Source: an uncultured Chloroflexia bacterium (GTDB lineage: Bacteria > Chloroflexota > Dehalococcoidia > UBA2979). Taken from it: a stretch of DNA of 64,000 nt. Shown here in pieces: positions 31,425 to 41,653 of the stretch. Each line of letters begins with the position of its first letter. The stretch's first letter is position 1. Location of the stretch: NCBI GenBank assembly GCA_963728205.1, contig CAVSIV010000004.1:168643-232642 (forward strand), read 5' to 3'. A model generated the notes under the pieces. It did not search any database and was not told the origin of the DNA. It worked only from the letters and a program-made list of their open reading frames with translations. A program made the translations under genes and the position numbers.

Positions 31425-31480
31425 CACGGCAGGCCTGAAGCCTGCCGCGCGCCCGTCAAGCGGCGGCAGCATGCCGCCGA
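31425..31480. repeat. Adjacent REP-like family A and family B units
   Basis: CACGGCAGGCCTGAAGCCTGCCGCGCGCC followed by GTCAAGCGGCGGCAGCATGCCGCCGA. Confidence 0.8.
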
Positions 31481-31530
31481 TGCGAACGCGGCCGGGAGGC
31501 CGCCCGGACACGAGCGGAACAGGCGAAGCG

Positions 31531-32431
31531 ATGTCGATCCTGATTGACGAGAACACCACCTTCATCATCCAGGGCATCACCGGCCGCGAGGCCGTGACGA
31601 TGGCCCGCGAGGTCCTCGACTACGGCTCGAAGCTGGTCGGCGGCGTGACGCCCGGCCGCAAGGGGCGCGAGGTGCACGGCGTGCCGGTCGAGGACACCGT
31701 GCGCGCGTTCACCGACCGCGAGCGCGTCGACGCGGCCGTCGTCTCGGTGCCGCCGGCGTTCGCCGCCGACGCGGTGTTCGAGGCGATCGACGCCGGCATC
31801 AAGCTGATCGTCGTCGTCACCGAGCGCATCCCGCGCAAGGAGGTGGCGCAGTTCGTCGAGTACGCGCAGCAGCGCGGCACGCGCATCATCGGTCCGAACT
31901 GCCTGGGCGTGATCTCGCCGGGCAAGTCGAAGGTCGGCGGCGTGGGCGGCGCGAACACGGAGCGCGCGTTCCGGCCCGGGAAGATCGGCGTGATGTCGCG
32001 CTCCGGCGGCATGACCGTCGAGATCGCGAACGCGCTGTCGGAGTCGGGGCTCGGCATCTCGACGGCCGTCTCGATCGGCGGCGACGCGATCATCGGGTCG
32101 ACGTACGCGGAGCTGATGCCGCTGTTCGACGCCGACCCGCAGACGGCGGGCATCGCGATCTACAGCGAGCCGGGCGGGCGCGCGGAGTACGAGCTGGCCG
32201 ACTACATGGCGAGCAGTGGGTCGAAGCTGCCGGTGGTCGCGTTCATGGCCGGCCGCTTCATGGACGAGATGCCCGGCATGCGCTTCGGCCACGCCGGGAC
32301 GATCGTGGAGGGCAAGGCCGACACGACGGCCGAAAAGATTCGCGAACCTCGAACGCGCCGGCATCAGCGTGGCGGAGCGCATCGAGGACATCCCGCGCCT
32401 GCTCAAGGAGCGCCTCGGGGAGGGCAAGTGA
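31531..32431 (+). CDS. ADP-forming acyl-CoA ligase alpha subunit (SucD/MtkB-like), frameshift near 32340
   Basis: MSILIDENT..IQGITG, IIGPNCLG, SRSGG, FGHAG (phospho-His). Confidence 0.88.
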
Positions 32432-32652
32432 TGCCGGCCATGTTCATCCGCGTCGACCTCGACCCGGCGATCGAGCAGAACCCGGAGCTGTGCAAGAAGC
32501 TCGTCGAGGTGTGCCCGGTCGACATCTTTGCGCTCGACGACCAGGGGCGCGTGGTGACGGTCGAGGACAACCTCGACGAGTGCACGCTGTGCGACCTCTG
32601 CATCCAGGCGGCGCCGCCGGGCGAGGTGGCCGTCGTCAAGATGTATCGCTAG
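32431..32652 (+). CDS. Small 4Fe-4S ferredoxin-like protein
   Basis: EVCPVDIF and ECTLCDLC; TGATG overlap with the upstream gene. Confidence 0.8.
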   Translation: MPAMFIRVDLDPAIEQNPELCKKLVEVCPVDIFALDDQGRVVTVEDNLDECTLCDLCIQAAPPGEVAVVKMYR

Positions 32653-32868
32653 GCGCCCGGCGGCGCTGTTATTTGCCGCGCTCTGATCCTCCTCCGGCCG
32701 CGTCGGGCTGACGCCGCGGCGCGTCCTCCGGCGGCGCGCGGTCGGCGCGCGCACGCTCAGCGGCGGCGCGCGGCGGGCCGGGAGCCCGCGGTGTGCCAGG
32801 AGGGCGGGCCTTGCGGCCCGCCCTCTCGTCGGCGGCACGGGGCCGCCGCGTACCACGGACTGAGGGGG

Positions 32869-33835
32869 TTACGCGCCGGCGGCCGGGGCCGCCTCGCGCG
32901 GCTGCTGCTTCGGGGCCGGGTTCGGGATGCCGGCGGTGAGTTGCAGCGGGACCGCGAGCCGGAGCTCGTCGACGTTCCAGTGACGCGGCTGTGACACGCT
33001 GCGGATGACCTGCCGCACGCTGTAGCGCGAGGCCTGCCAGCCCGATGTCCCGATCACCTGGCCGCTGATCGCGCCGCCGGCCTCGGTGCACAGCCACGCC
33101 ACGGTCGGCGCGTTGTTCTCCGGGTCGCGCGGCGTCGGGCCGCCCTCCGGCCATGCGGCCTGCGCGGCGCGGCCGTCGCGGCGGATGCCGGCGGCGGCGC
33201 GGATCTCGGCGGCGCTCTCGGGCACGGACTGCGTCATGCGCGTGTTGCCGCCGGGGTAGATCGCGTTGACGGCAATGCCGTGCGGTCCGAGCTCGCGGGC
33301 CAGCGACCGCGCGAAGCCGACCATGCCTTCCTTCGCGGCGGAGTAGTTCGCCTGGCCGGACGAGCCGAGGCCCGACCCGGAGGAGAACAGCAGGATGCGG
33401 CCGTAGCGCTGCCGCAGCATCGGCTCGATGGCGTTGCGCACGGTGTTGAACGCACCCTTGAGGTGGACCGCCAGGACGGCGTCCCACTCCTCCTCGGTCA
33501 TGTTGAAGACCATGCGGTCGCGCAGGATGCCGGCCACGTGGCAGAGGATGTCGAGCCGGCCGAACTCGTCGACCGTCTTCGCCACCAGGTCCTTGCACGC
33601 GGCGAACTGCGACACATCGCCGTAGTGCGCCATCGCGCGACCGCCGTTCGCGCGGAATCTCGCGCGCGACCTCGTCGGCGGGGCCCTGGTCATTGCCCGA
33701 GCCGTCGAGGTTCCCGCCGAAGTCGGCGATCACGACCGCCGCGCCCTCCTCGGCGAGCTGCAGTGCGACGCCGCGGCCGATGCCGCGCCCCGCACCCGTC
33801 ACCACCGCGACGCGACCTTCCAGTCGGTTGCCCAT
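32869..33835 (-). CDS. SDR family oxidoreductase, frameshift near 33660
   Basis: TGAGRGIG, AGILRDRM, NYSAAKEG. Confidence 0.88.
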
Positions 33836-33857
33836 CGTCGTCTCCTTCGTTCCCGCG

Positions 33858-34796
33858 CTAGACCAGCAGCGGGCTGGTGGCGTCGAGCGCCAGCGTGCGC
33901 GGCATCTGCTCGTCGAGCTCGTCGAGCGTGAATCGCCGGCCGAAGCTCAAGAGCTGCCGGTCGATGATCGGCTGCGAGTAGAGCAGCACGTCGCCGCCGC
34001 GCACGCCGAAGAGCTGGCCGTTGACTTCGCCGGCGTCCTCGCTGGCGAGGTAGATCGCCAGCGGCGCGACGCTCGCCGGGTCATCGGGGTGGTCGTCGCC
34101 CTCCCAGTGGAAGGTCGGCGGCGGCGGCGCGATGCGCGCCATCGCCTCCGCGGAGAGCACGCCCGCCGGCGGGCGGAGCTCCTCGGACATGCCGCCCGAC
34201 TGGCGGGTGCGGGCGAGCGGCGAGATCGCGTTGCAGGTCACCCCGTAGCGGCCGACGTCGCGCGCGACGGTCCGCGAGAGGCCGATCACGCCCTCGCCCG
34301 ACGCCGCGTAGTTCGACGCGCCGACGGAGCCGAGGCCCGCGTCCGACGTGAGCATGACGATGCGGCCGTAGCGCTGCTGGCGCATGGCGATCGTCGCGAA
34401 CTTGATGGGCGCGAAGCACGACTTCACGTTGCCGCGGATGACCGTGTCCCAGTCGTCCTCCGTCATCTCCCAGATCGGCGTGTCGCGCCGAATGCCGGCC
34501 GCGCAGATCAGCGCGTCGACGCGCCCGTAATTGTCCAGGGCAGCCTTCACAGCCGCTTCGCCACCTGTCATGGTGCTGACGTCGTCATGCAGCGCGACGG
34601 CCTTGCCGCCGGCGGCCGTGATCTCCGCCGCCACCGCGTCGGCGACCGCGGGGTTCGTGCCGCTGCCGTCGACCTCGCAGCCGTTGTCGACGACAACGAC
34701 CGACGCGCCCTCCGCGGCAGCCTTCAGCGCGATGGCGCGTCCGACACCGCGTCCGCCGCCGGTGACGACGACGGCCTGTCCGTCGAGTGCTCCCAT
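33858..34796 (-). CDS. SDR family oxidoreductase, tandem paralog
   Basis: TGGGRGVG, AGIRRD, NYAASGEG (YxxxK Lys absent). Confidence 0.88.
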   Translation of the reverse strand: MGALDGQAVVVTGGGRGVGRAIALKAAAEGASVVVVDNGCEVDGSGTNPAVADAVAAEITAAGGKAVALHDDVSTMTGGEAAVKAALDNYGRVDALICAAGIRRDTPIWEMTEDDWDTVIRGNVKSCFAPIKFATIAMRQQRYGRIVMLTSDAGLGSVGASNYAASGEGVIGLSRTVARDVGRYGVTCNAISPLARTRQSGGMSEELRPPAGVLSAEAMARIAPPPPTFHWEGDDHPDDPASVAPLAIYLASEDAGEVNGQLFGVRGGDVLLYSQPIIDRQLLSFGRRFTLDELDEQMPRTLALDATSPLLV

Positions 34797-34884
34797 GCTC
34801 ACCCCCTTAGCCGCATGTATGTGATAAGGCGCGGGCGATGGTAGCACCGGGAAGCGAGAGGGTTGGACCGAACCTGTACGGGAG

Positions 34885-36078
34885 TCAAAGCGAGGCGTAC
34901 AGCGCGTCGATCAGCGCGATGTTGCGTGGGTCGCGCCAGGAGCGGCCCGCGCGATTGCAGACGTAGGAGAAGCCGATCCGTGCGTCCGGGTCGGCGAAGC
35001 CGAGGAGGGCGCCGTTGCCGTAATGCCCAAAGGTCCGCGGGTTGGGGCCGAGCGGGCGAACGCCGGGCATCGTCAGCTGAAACCCGAGCCCGAAGCGCGT
35101 CGGTCGGCCGAGCACGAGGTCATCGCCGTGCGCCTGTTCCTCAATCGCGCGGTCGATCGTGTCGGGCTGTAGCACGCGCACGCCATCGACCGCCCCGCCA
35201 CACGCGAGCGCGCCGAAGATCCGCGCGATCGACCGCGCGTTGGAATGGGGGGCCGTGGAGGGGTACTCGGCCGCGCGCCACGTGCGTCCGTTCACGTCGC
35301 CGCGTCCGTCGGGCAGGGACGGGGGGTTGCGATAGGCGAGGACGCGCATGAGATCGATGCCCTCGACCTCCGATGGGTCGCGGTTGAGCCAGGGGCGGCG
35401 CGAGGCGGCGTCGGGATCGGGCGGCGGGTTCACCCAGTCCGCCACCCGATGATCCTCCTCGGGACCGAAGCCCATGAAGAAGTTGATGCCGAGGGGCGCG
35501 GCGATGTCGTCGTGCACGACGTCGCGCAACCGTCGGCCGGTGGCGCGACGGACGACCTCGCCGGAGAGGAACCCGAAGGTGTTCACGTGGTAGCCGTGCG
35601 CCGTGCCGGGCTCCCACCACGGCCCCTGCGCGGCGAGCGCGGCAGTCATGGTGTCCCAGGAGAGCAGGTTCGCGCCCGGAGGCAGCGGCGCGCGCACCGC
35701 CGACAGGCCGGCCTGGTGAGTGAGGAGGTAGCGGAGCGGCAGCAACGCCTTACCCGCCTGCGCGAACTCGGGCCAGACGTCGGCGACCGGCGCGTCGAGG
35801 TCGACCATCCCGCGCTCGACCTGTCGCAGGGTGGCGATCGCGGTCACCGCCTTGCCGACCGACCAGACGTTCACGATCGCGTCACGCGTCCACCGGCGCG
35901 TGCGCGCGGCATCGAGCCACCCGCCCCAGAGGTCGACGACCGGCGAGCCGTCGAGCGTAATCGCAACAGCGGCACCCAGGTCGTCGCGCTCCGCGAAGTT
36001 GCGCTCGAACTCGTGGCGCACGCGGTCGAACCGCGGATCGCAGTAGCCGGAGATCGCGGTCACGTCGGAGGCGGTCAT
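34885..36078 (-). CDS. Serine hydrolase (beta-lactamase-related esterase)
   Basis: WSVGK (SxxK), LLTHQAGL, HGYH, FGHYG. Confidence 0.9.
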   Translation of the reverse strand: MTASDVTAISGYCDPRFDRVRHEFERNFAERDDLGAAVAITLDGSPVVDLWGGWLDAARTRRWTRDAIVNVWSVGKAVTAIATLRQVERGMVDLDAPVADVWPEFAQAGKALLPLRYLLTHQAGLSAVRAPLPPGANLLSWDTMTAALAAQGPWWEPGTAHGYHVNTFGFLSGEVVRRATGRRLRDVVHDDIAAPLGINFFMGFGPEEDHRVADWVNPPPDPDAASRRPWLNRDPSEVEGIDLMRVLAYRNPPSLPDGRGDVNGRTWRAAEYPSTAPHSNARSIARIFGALACGGAVDGVRVLQPDTIDRAIEEQAHGDDLVLGRPTRFGLGFQLTMPGVRPLGPNPRTFGHYGNGALLGFADPDARIGFSYVCNRAGRSWRDPRNIALIDALYASL

Positions 36079-36172
36079 GGCGCGGCATTGTACGCGTGGT
36101 TCGACTGCGCTCACCACGAACGGGCGGCGGGGGGTGAACGGTCGGGAGGAGCGTGGGCCGCGACTCCACGCG

Positions 36173-36427
36173 CTAGAGCAGGGGGCGGCCGTGCTCTCGG
36201 ATCTCCGCGTCGCGCTCGAGACGGCGCAGCGCCTCGCCGGAGCAGCCGATCGCGCGGAGCTGGCGCTCGAATGCGTCGCGCTCGCGCATAGCCTGCAGCA
36301 GCTCGTTCCGCCCGAAGCGGCCGGACGTGTCGACGACGACCGCGTGGTAGCGCTTCCACTCCCGGTACAGCTGCGCGCACTGCTCGGAGTGCTCGTGTCC
36401 ATCGGCGAAGGTGGGGATGCCGGCCAT
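36173..36427 (-). CDS. Hypothetical protein
   Basis: 84-aa protein-like ORF with a TACTCT box 7 nt before the ATG. Confidence 0.6.
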   Translation of the reverse strand: MAGIPTFADGHEHSEQCAQLYREWKRYHAVVVDTSGRFGRNELLQAMRERDAFERQLRAIGCSGEALRRLERDAEIREHGRPLL

Positions 36428-36466
36428 GACCGCTAGAGTAAGCGAGGCCTTCGGAAAGGACACGCC

Positions 36467-36766
36467 GTGGACGCGATCGAGCTGACGAAAGAGGACCGCG
36501 AGTACGCCGCGCACCGCCTGCAGGCGTACTTCCGCGACGAACGCGACGAGGAGCTGGGCGACCTCGGCGCCACGCTGTTCTACGACTTCATCGCGAAGGA
36601 ACTGGGGCCCCTGTTCTTCAATCGCGGGCTGTACACCGCCTCGCTGCTCGCGCGCCGGTCGGCGGACGCGCTCGAAGCGGATATCGACGCTGCGAAGCGC
36701 CTCCCGCCCGGCGGCCGGTACGCGCCGCCACGCGCCGGCGCGGACGACCGCGACGGCGCGGACTGA
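36467..36766 (+). CDS. DUF2164 family protein
   Basis: LQAYFRDERDEELGDLGA..FIAKELGPLFFNRG; AAGGA SD. Confidence 0.8.
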   Translation: MDAIELTKEDREYAAHRLQAYFRDERDEELGDLGATLFYDFIAKELGPLFFNRGLYTASLLARRSADALEADIDAAKRLPPGGRYAPPRAGADDRDGAD

Positions 36767-36860
36767 GTGGGCGCAGGCCGGAGGTTTCTGCCGCGTCGCT
36801 CGCGGCGGCGAGGAGAACGGCCGTGCGCGGCGGGACGGAGCCGCGCCGTCGACGGTCGCG

Positions 36861-37847
36861 TTACGCCCCGGACAGGAGCATGGCCCACACGAAGCTGCTG
36901 ACTACGCCGCCGATCAGCATGTTGCGAGCGGTGGCAGCGTTGGTGCCGCGCACGGCCAGCCACGCAACGGCCCCGCCGATCAGCCCGGCGAAGACGGGAG
37001 CCGCCCACCACAACATGTTGACCTCGCGCTCCGACGCCGCCCGTAGCGGCACCGGCGGGGCGCCGAGCGCCGGCGCGGCGGCCCCGGGCGCCGGCTGAGC
37101 CGTCGGCGGCGTGCGCCATGCGGCGTCCGACGCGGCCTCGACGCTCGCGCCGGCCGCGGTCGCACGCCCGCGCGACGCAGACGACTCCGCCGCGACGAGA
37201 CGCGCGTCGAAGTCCGCGAGCTCGCGGTCGACCCGCACAAGCACGTCATCCCGCTCTCGAAACCGCGCGACCAGTACGCGAAGGTCGGCCGGCGAATGCC
37301 CGTCCTCGAAACGCGCGTCCAGCTGGCGCAGCAGCTCGCCCTGTCGCTCGGCGGTGAGCGGCTGGCGCGAGTCGATCTCCGAGCGGAGGTCGAAGAGATA
37401 CGACGCCGGCACCGGCGGCGGGTCCGGGAGCGGGTCCGGCAGCGCCGGCGCCGCGGGGACGGCGACGAGCGCGCGGTTGAGGGAGGCGAACGCCGACTTG
37501 TCCGGCGCGGTGTAGTCCACGCGCTGCAGCTCCGCGAGGTCGGGCGGCATCAGGCTGTCCGACACGTTGCGCTCGACGAGCACCGGCAGCACGGGCTTCC
37601 CCAGCGCGTTCGCGTACTGGTACTCGGCCTGGCAGGCGCGCGACGACACGCAGGCGTCGCTGATCGCGACCACGAAGATGTCGCACTCGCGGATCTGCGT
37701 CAGGATCTGCTCCCACCAGCGCTGCCCACCGGAGAGCTCGCGGTCGACCCAGGCGTCGTGCCCGAGCGACTCGATATCCCGCTCGAGCTCGCCGACGGGC
37801 GCCGCGTCCTCGCGGCTGTAGCTGACGAACACTCGCTTCTGCGCCAT
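36861..37847 (-). CDS. TIR-domain protein with C-terminal membrane anchor
   Basis: VFVSYSRED, W.D..L.GG..W, CQAEY; two hydrophobic helices at the C-terminus. Confidence 0.85.
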   Translation of the reverse strand: MAQKRVFVSYSREDAAPVGELERDIESLGHDAWVDRELSGGQRWWEQILTQIRECDIFVVAISDACVSSRACQAEYQYANALGKPVLPVLVERNVSDSLMPPDLAELQRVDYTAPDKSAFASLNRALVAVPAAPALPDPLPDPPPVPASYLFDLRSEIDSRQPLTAERQGELLRQLDARFEDGHSPADLRVLVARFRERDDVLVRVDRELADFDARLVAAESSASRGRATAAGASVEAASDAAWRTPPTAQPAPGAAAPALGAPPVPLRAASEREVNMLWWAAPVFAGLIGGAVAWLAVRGTNAATARNMLIGGVVSSFVWAMLLSGA

Positions 37848-38020
37848 GCGGCGACCTCCATCGCAACGCCACCTCGCGCTGCGTCGGCATCCGTCGCGGC
37901 GCGCGGCGACCTACGGTCAGCCCGGCCCGGCGGCATCATATCTCGATTGTGAAGCGTTCCCCGAGGCGCCCATGCGCCCCGGCAGCGCCGGATGGCGACG
38001 CTGCGTCACCCCCGCAGCCG

Positions 38021-39679
38021 CTAGCGCGCGGCCGCCGCGAGCAGCGCGCGGCCGATGACCTTCAGCTCGAGGATCGGCTTGACGCCCTCGAAGATCGGAA
38101 GCACCAGCGCGTCGACCACGTAACGCGCTGATCGGGTCCTCCTCGGAGTAGCCCCAACCGCCGTGCAGCAGCTGCGCCTCGCGCGAGACGTCGCCGGCGA
38201 CGTCGCACGCCAGCAGCTTCGCCATCGACGGCTCGACGCGCGCGGGTGTCGAAGGCGCGCGCCGATGCGTAGGTGATCTGGCGCGCCGCCGCGATGCGCG
38301 TCGCCATCAGGCCGACCTTGTACTGCGTGAGCTGGTACTCGGCGAGCGGCATCCCGAACTGCGCCCGCTGCACGACGTACTGGCACGCCTTCTCCAGCGC
38401 CGCCTGCGCGACGCCGCACGCGCGCCCCGCCGGTCTGCAGGCGCCCCGCCGCGAACCCGCCCATCTGCAGGTAGAAGCCGCGGTTGATGCCGTCGTCGCC
38501 GCCGACGAGCCGGGTGTGAGGCACCCACAGGTTGTCGATCGCGAGCGTGAACGAGTGCATGCCGCGATACCCCGGCGTGGGGTTCGCCGTGCCCTCGATC
38601 ACCCCGCCCTCGGGCTGCTCGAAGCGCCACTGGTGACCGTCGTACGCCGGCTTCTCGATCATGAACAGCGAGAGCCCGCGGCTGCCCGACTGCGGGTCGG
38701 GGTCGGTGCGCGCGAGCAGCGCGAGCAGCGTCGCGCGGCCGGAGAACGTGCTCCACGCCTTCGCCCCGTTGATGCGCCAGCCGCGCTCGCCGTCGTGCTC
38801 CGCCGGCTCGGCGCGCGTCTGCAGCGAGGCGACGTCCGAGCCCGTGTCGGGCTCGGTGACGGCGACCGCGACGAGCACCTCGCCCGACGCGATCTTCGGC
38901 AGCCACTCCGCATGCTGCTCCTCGGTGCCGCCGGCGAGCAGCGCCTTCGTCAGGATCTCGGGGCGCGTCGCCAGGGAGCCGGCACCGGCCAGCGAGGCCG
39001 CCGAGAGCTCCTCGGTCATGATGATCATCGGGAGGTCGCCCATCCCGGTGCCGCCGTACTGCTCGGGGATCGACGAGCCGAAGAAGCCCTGCGCGGAGAA
39101 CTTCGCGAGCAGATCGTCGGGGATGAGCAGGTCGCCGCGATGGATCTCCTGGGCGCGCGGCGCGACCTCGTTCTTCGCGAAGTCGCGCGCCATCTCTCGG
39201 GTGAGGCGCGCGACCTCGTCCTCGAGCTCGACATGGTTCGCGCCGCCGGCGCCGATGCCGGCGCGGCCAATCTGGCGGATGCGCGCCTCGCTCATGCCGG
39301 CGCGCACGGCCTCGCGGGTGGCGGGGGCGTGCAGCGGCTCGACATCGGCCTCGCTCAGCCCGAAGTCGTCCCACGCCGCCTCGACCTGCGAGCGCAGCGC
39401 GTGCGCCACCTCCGCCGCATAGACGAGGGCCATCGACTCCTGCAGGGCGTCGGACACCCCGCCCGCGGCGAGCCGCTCCGCGAAGGCAACCTGCTCATGG
39501 GCGGCGCGCACCTGCGTCGCGAGATAGGCGAGGCGCTCGGTGTGCACCTGGAAGTCGTCGATGCGCGCGCCGCCCTCGGTCGCGCGCGCGCCATGGCTGA
39601 GTGCGGCGTCGACCACCGCCTGGGACAGATCGACCAGCCGCCGCGCGGTGGCGCTGACGTCGAGATCCGCAGTGGTCAT
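38021..39679 (-). CDS. Acyl-CoA dehydrogenase, (2S)-methylsuccinyl-CoA dehydrogenase-like, frameshifted near the 3' end
   Basis: Long N-terminal extension, GSLATRPEI, TEPDTGSD, GYRGMHSF, RLQT, RAQFG, VLPIFEG. Confidence 0.8.
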   Translation of the reverse strand: MTTADLDVSATARRLVDLSQAVVDAALSHGARATEGGARIDDFQVHTERLAYLATQVRAAHEQVAFAERLAAGGVSDALQESMALVYAAEVAHALRSQVEAAWDDFGLSEADVEPLHAPATREAVRAGMSEARIRQIGRAGIGAGGANHVELEDEVARLTREMARDFAKNEVAPRAQEIHRGDLLIPDDLLAKFSAQGFFGSSIPEQYGGTGMGDLPMIIMTEELSAASLAGAGSLATRPEILTKALLAGGTEEQHAEWLPKIASGEVLVAVAVTEPDTGSDVASLQTRAEPAEHDGERGWRINGAKAWSTFSGRATLLALLARTDPDPQSGSRGLSLFMIEKPAYDGHQWRFEQPEGGVIEGTANPTPGYRGMHSFTLAIDNLWVPHTRLVGGDDGINRGFYLQMGGFAAGRLQTGGARVRRRAGGAGEGVPVRRAAGAVRDAARRVPAHAVQGRPDGDAHRGGAPDHLRIGARLRHPRASSRRWRSCWRATSPATSRARRSCCTAVGATPRRTRSARYVVDALVLPIFEGVKPILELKVIGRALLAAAAR

Positions 39680-39915
39680 GGGGTGCTCCTCGCAAGACAG
39701 GACGGGTGACTCAGGGTATCGAGCGGCGGACGTTGGCGCGACGCGTCGGGGGCGGGAGGCAGTCGGCGCGCGGCGCGCTTTAGGCGCGCCGTGAGGGCAC
39801 CGAACGAGTACGGCGCCACGGGGCGGGGCGGGGCGCGAGCAGCGGGCGGTACGCCCGCTGTGCGCCGGGGTACAGCAGGCGCAGCGGGTGCAGCGGTGGC
39901 ATGCCCGCCGCGCGT

Positions 39916-40989
39916 CTACTTCCTGCGCGGAATCAGCACCGTGTAGTCGAGGTCGAGCACCACGTTCGGGTCGTAGCGCTCGCGGCCGTTGTCGTCCGTC
40001 ACCTTGAACGCCTGCTCCGCGGTATTCGGGTCGCTGTTCTTCACCGCGACCAGGCGCAGCCGCAGCGCGCCGGAGTCCACGCGTCCGAGGTCGATGCGCT
40101 CGAGCACGTCGGTCCACGCGAAGAGCGTGTCGCCGGCGAACGTCGGGTTCGCGTGCGTGCCGGCGTTGAAGGCGAGGATGCGCAGCACGTTCTCGAGCCC
40201 GTTGAACGCGAGCGCGTGCGCGACCGAGATCACGTGCCCGCCGTAGACGACGCGCCGGCCGAACCGCGAGTCCTTCAGCGCGTGCGCGTTGAAGTGCGCG
40301 CGCGCCGTGTTCTGGTAGAGGCGCGCCGCCATCTGGTGCTCGGCCTCCTCGATGGCCATGCCCTCCACGTGGTGGATGCGCTCGCCCGGCTCGTAGTCCT
40401 CCCACCACCAGCGCCCGCCGGTGACCTCGGGGTGGAAGCGCGCGAGGTCGATGCCGACGGGCACCTTGAGATGCTCGGTCGCGACGTGGTCCGGCGTGTT
40501 CGGCACCTCGTTCGCGCCGGTCTTCGTCGACGGGTCGCGCTTGTTCATCAGCACCCAGCGCACGTAGGAGAGCACCTCCTCGTCGCGCTGGTTCGTGCCG
40601 ACGGTGCGCACCCACGTGACGCCGGTGTCGCCGCCGCTCGACTCGCGCCAGCCGACGACCGTGCTCTTCGACGTGATCGTGTCGCCCGGGAGCACCGCCG
40701 CGCCAAAGCGGACGTCGGCGTAGCCGAGGTTCGCGATGGCGTTGAGCGAAATGTCCGGGACGGTGTTGCCGAAGACGGTGTGGAAGACGAGCAGGTCGTT
40801 GATCAGCTCGCGGTGGAATCCGAGGTCGCGCGCGAACTCGGCGTTGCAGAAGAGGGGATAGCGACTGGCGGTGAGCGCGAGGTACATCGCCGCGTCGCCG
40901 TCGGTCAGCGTGCGCGGCGTGCCGTGGAGGATCTCGCGGCCGGGGGTGAGGTCCTCGAAATAGTTGCCGGTCGTCGACTTGGTCGGCAT
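39916..40989 (-). CDS. mch: Double-hotdog MaoC protein, mesaconyl-C1-CoA (2-methylfumaryl-CoA) hydratase-like
   Basis: GNYFED..HGTPRT, FHTVFG.TVPDISLNAIANLGY, YQNTA..HF, YGGHVIS, HANPTFAGDT. Confidence 0.82.
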   Translation of the reverse strand: MPTKSTTGNYFEDLTPGREILHGTPRTLTDGDAAMYLALTASRYPLFCNAEFARDLGFHRELINDLLVFHTVFGNTVPDISLNAIANLGYADVRFGAAVLPGDTITSKSTVVGWRESSGGDTGVTWVRTVGTNQRDEEVLSYVRWVLMNKRDPSTKTGANEVPNTPDHVATEHLKVPVGIDLARFHPEVTGGRWWWEDYEPGERIHHVEGMAIEEAEHQMAARLYQNTARAHFNAHALKDSRFGRRVVYGGHVISVAHALAFNGLENVLRILAFNAGTHANPTFAGDTLFAWTDVLERIDLGRVDSGALRLRLVAVKNSDPNTAEQAFKVTDDNGRERYDPNVVLDLDYTVLIPRRK

Positions 40990-41167
40990 GCGGTCCTCCG
41001 TGCGGGCTGGTGCGCCGGGGCGTGCGGGCGGGTCGGCCGATGGGCGCGATTGTAGGCAGGGGGCGCGATACGGGCAGGGCGCGGGTGACGCCGCCGCGCC
41101 CCAGCCGGCGCCACGGCGTCACCCGCGGGAGGGCGATAGACTGGCCGACGCAGAGCGAGGAGGACCC

Positions 41168-41399
41168 GTGGGTACGAAGCAAATCGAGGCGCTCGTCCAA
41201 ATCCTGCAGGCGGAGCTGGAGAAGGGCCGCGACAACCACGTGCAGGGCACCTGGCACATCCACTACGAGCAGGACTGGAAGGGCCAGCCCGCGAATCTCG
41301 TTCAACAAGTGCGAGAGCGAGGTCTACTGCGAGGAGCGTCCCACGGTGTTCGCGCTCGACGGCTCGGTGCTCGACCCCGGAGGGCCGCTGTTCGGGTAG
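41168..41399 (+). CDS. Small hypothetical protein (frameshift near 41295)
   Basis: GAGGAGG SD; MGTKQIEALVQILQAELEKGR.. continuing as FNKCESEVYCEERP in another frame. Confidence 0.55.
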
Positions 41400-41653
41400 C
41401 TGGTTCCGAGGCAAGCAGGACAAGCAGGCGACGTCAGGCCGCTGTCTCCGGCCGGCCGCGCTGACGGGCGGCAAGGACGCGCCCGGGCGGCACCTCACCG
41501 GGCGCCCTCGCCCCGCGGTCTGCGGAGAAACGCTGCGGTGTGCGGCGTCGGAAACAGCGGGCCGACGTCCGCAGCCCGCCCCTGGGGCATAGCCGCCCCG
41601 GCCCGCGGGCGCGTATCTTCCGCGCCTGACAACTGCACCGGGAAGGACGCCTC

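Noticed and set aside
31399-32652. SucD-ferredoxin fusion
   Set aside because: Artefact of the frameshift near 32340; the alpha subunit's natural end (LLKERLGEGK-stop) overlaps a separate ferredoxin ATG
34885-36078. Beta-lactam resistance gene
   Set aside because: Motifs fit the widespread family VIII esterase/serine hydrolase group, and there is no signal peptide
38021-41308. 1095-aa fusion protein
   Set aside because: The N-terminal half is an off-frame read-through of mch; the real dehydrogenase starts at 39679
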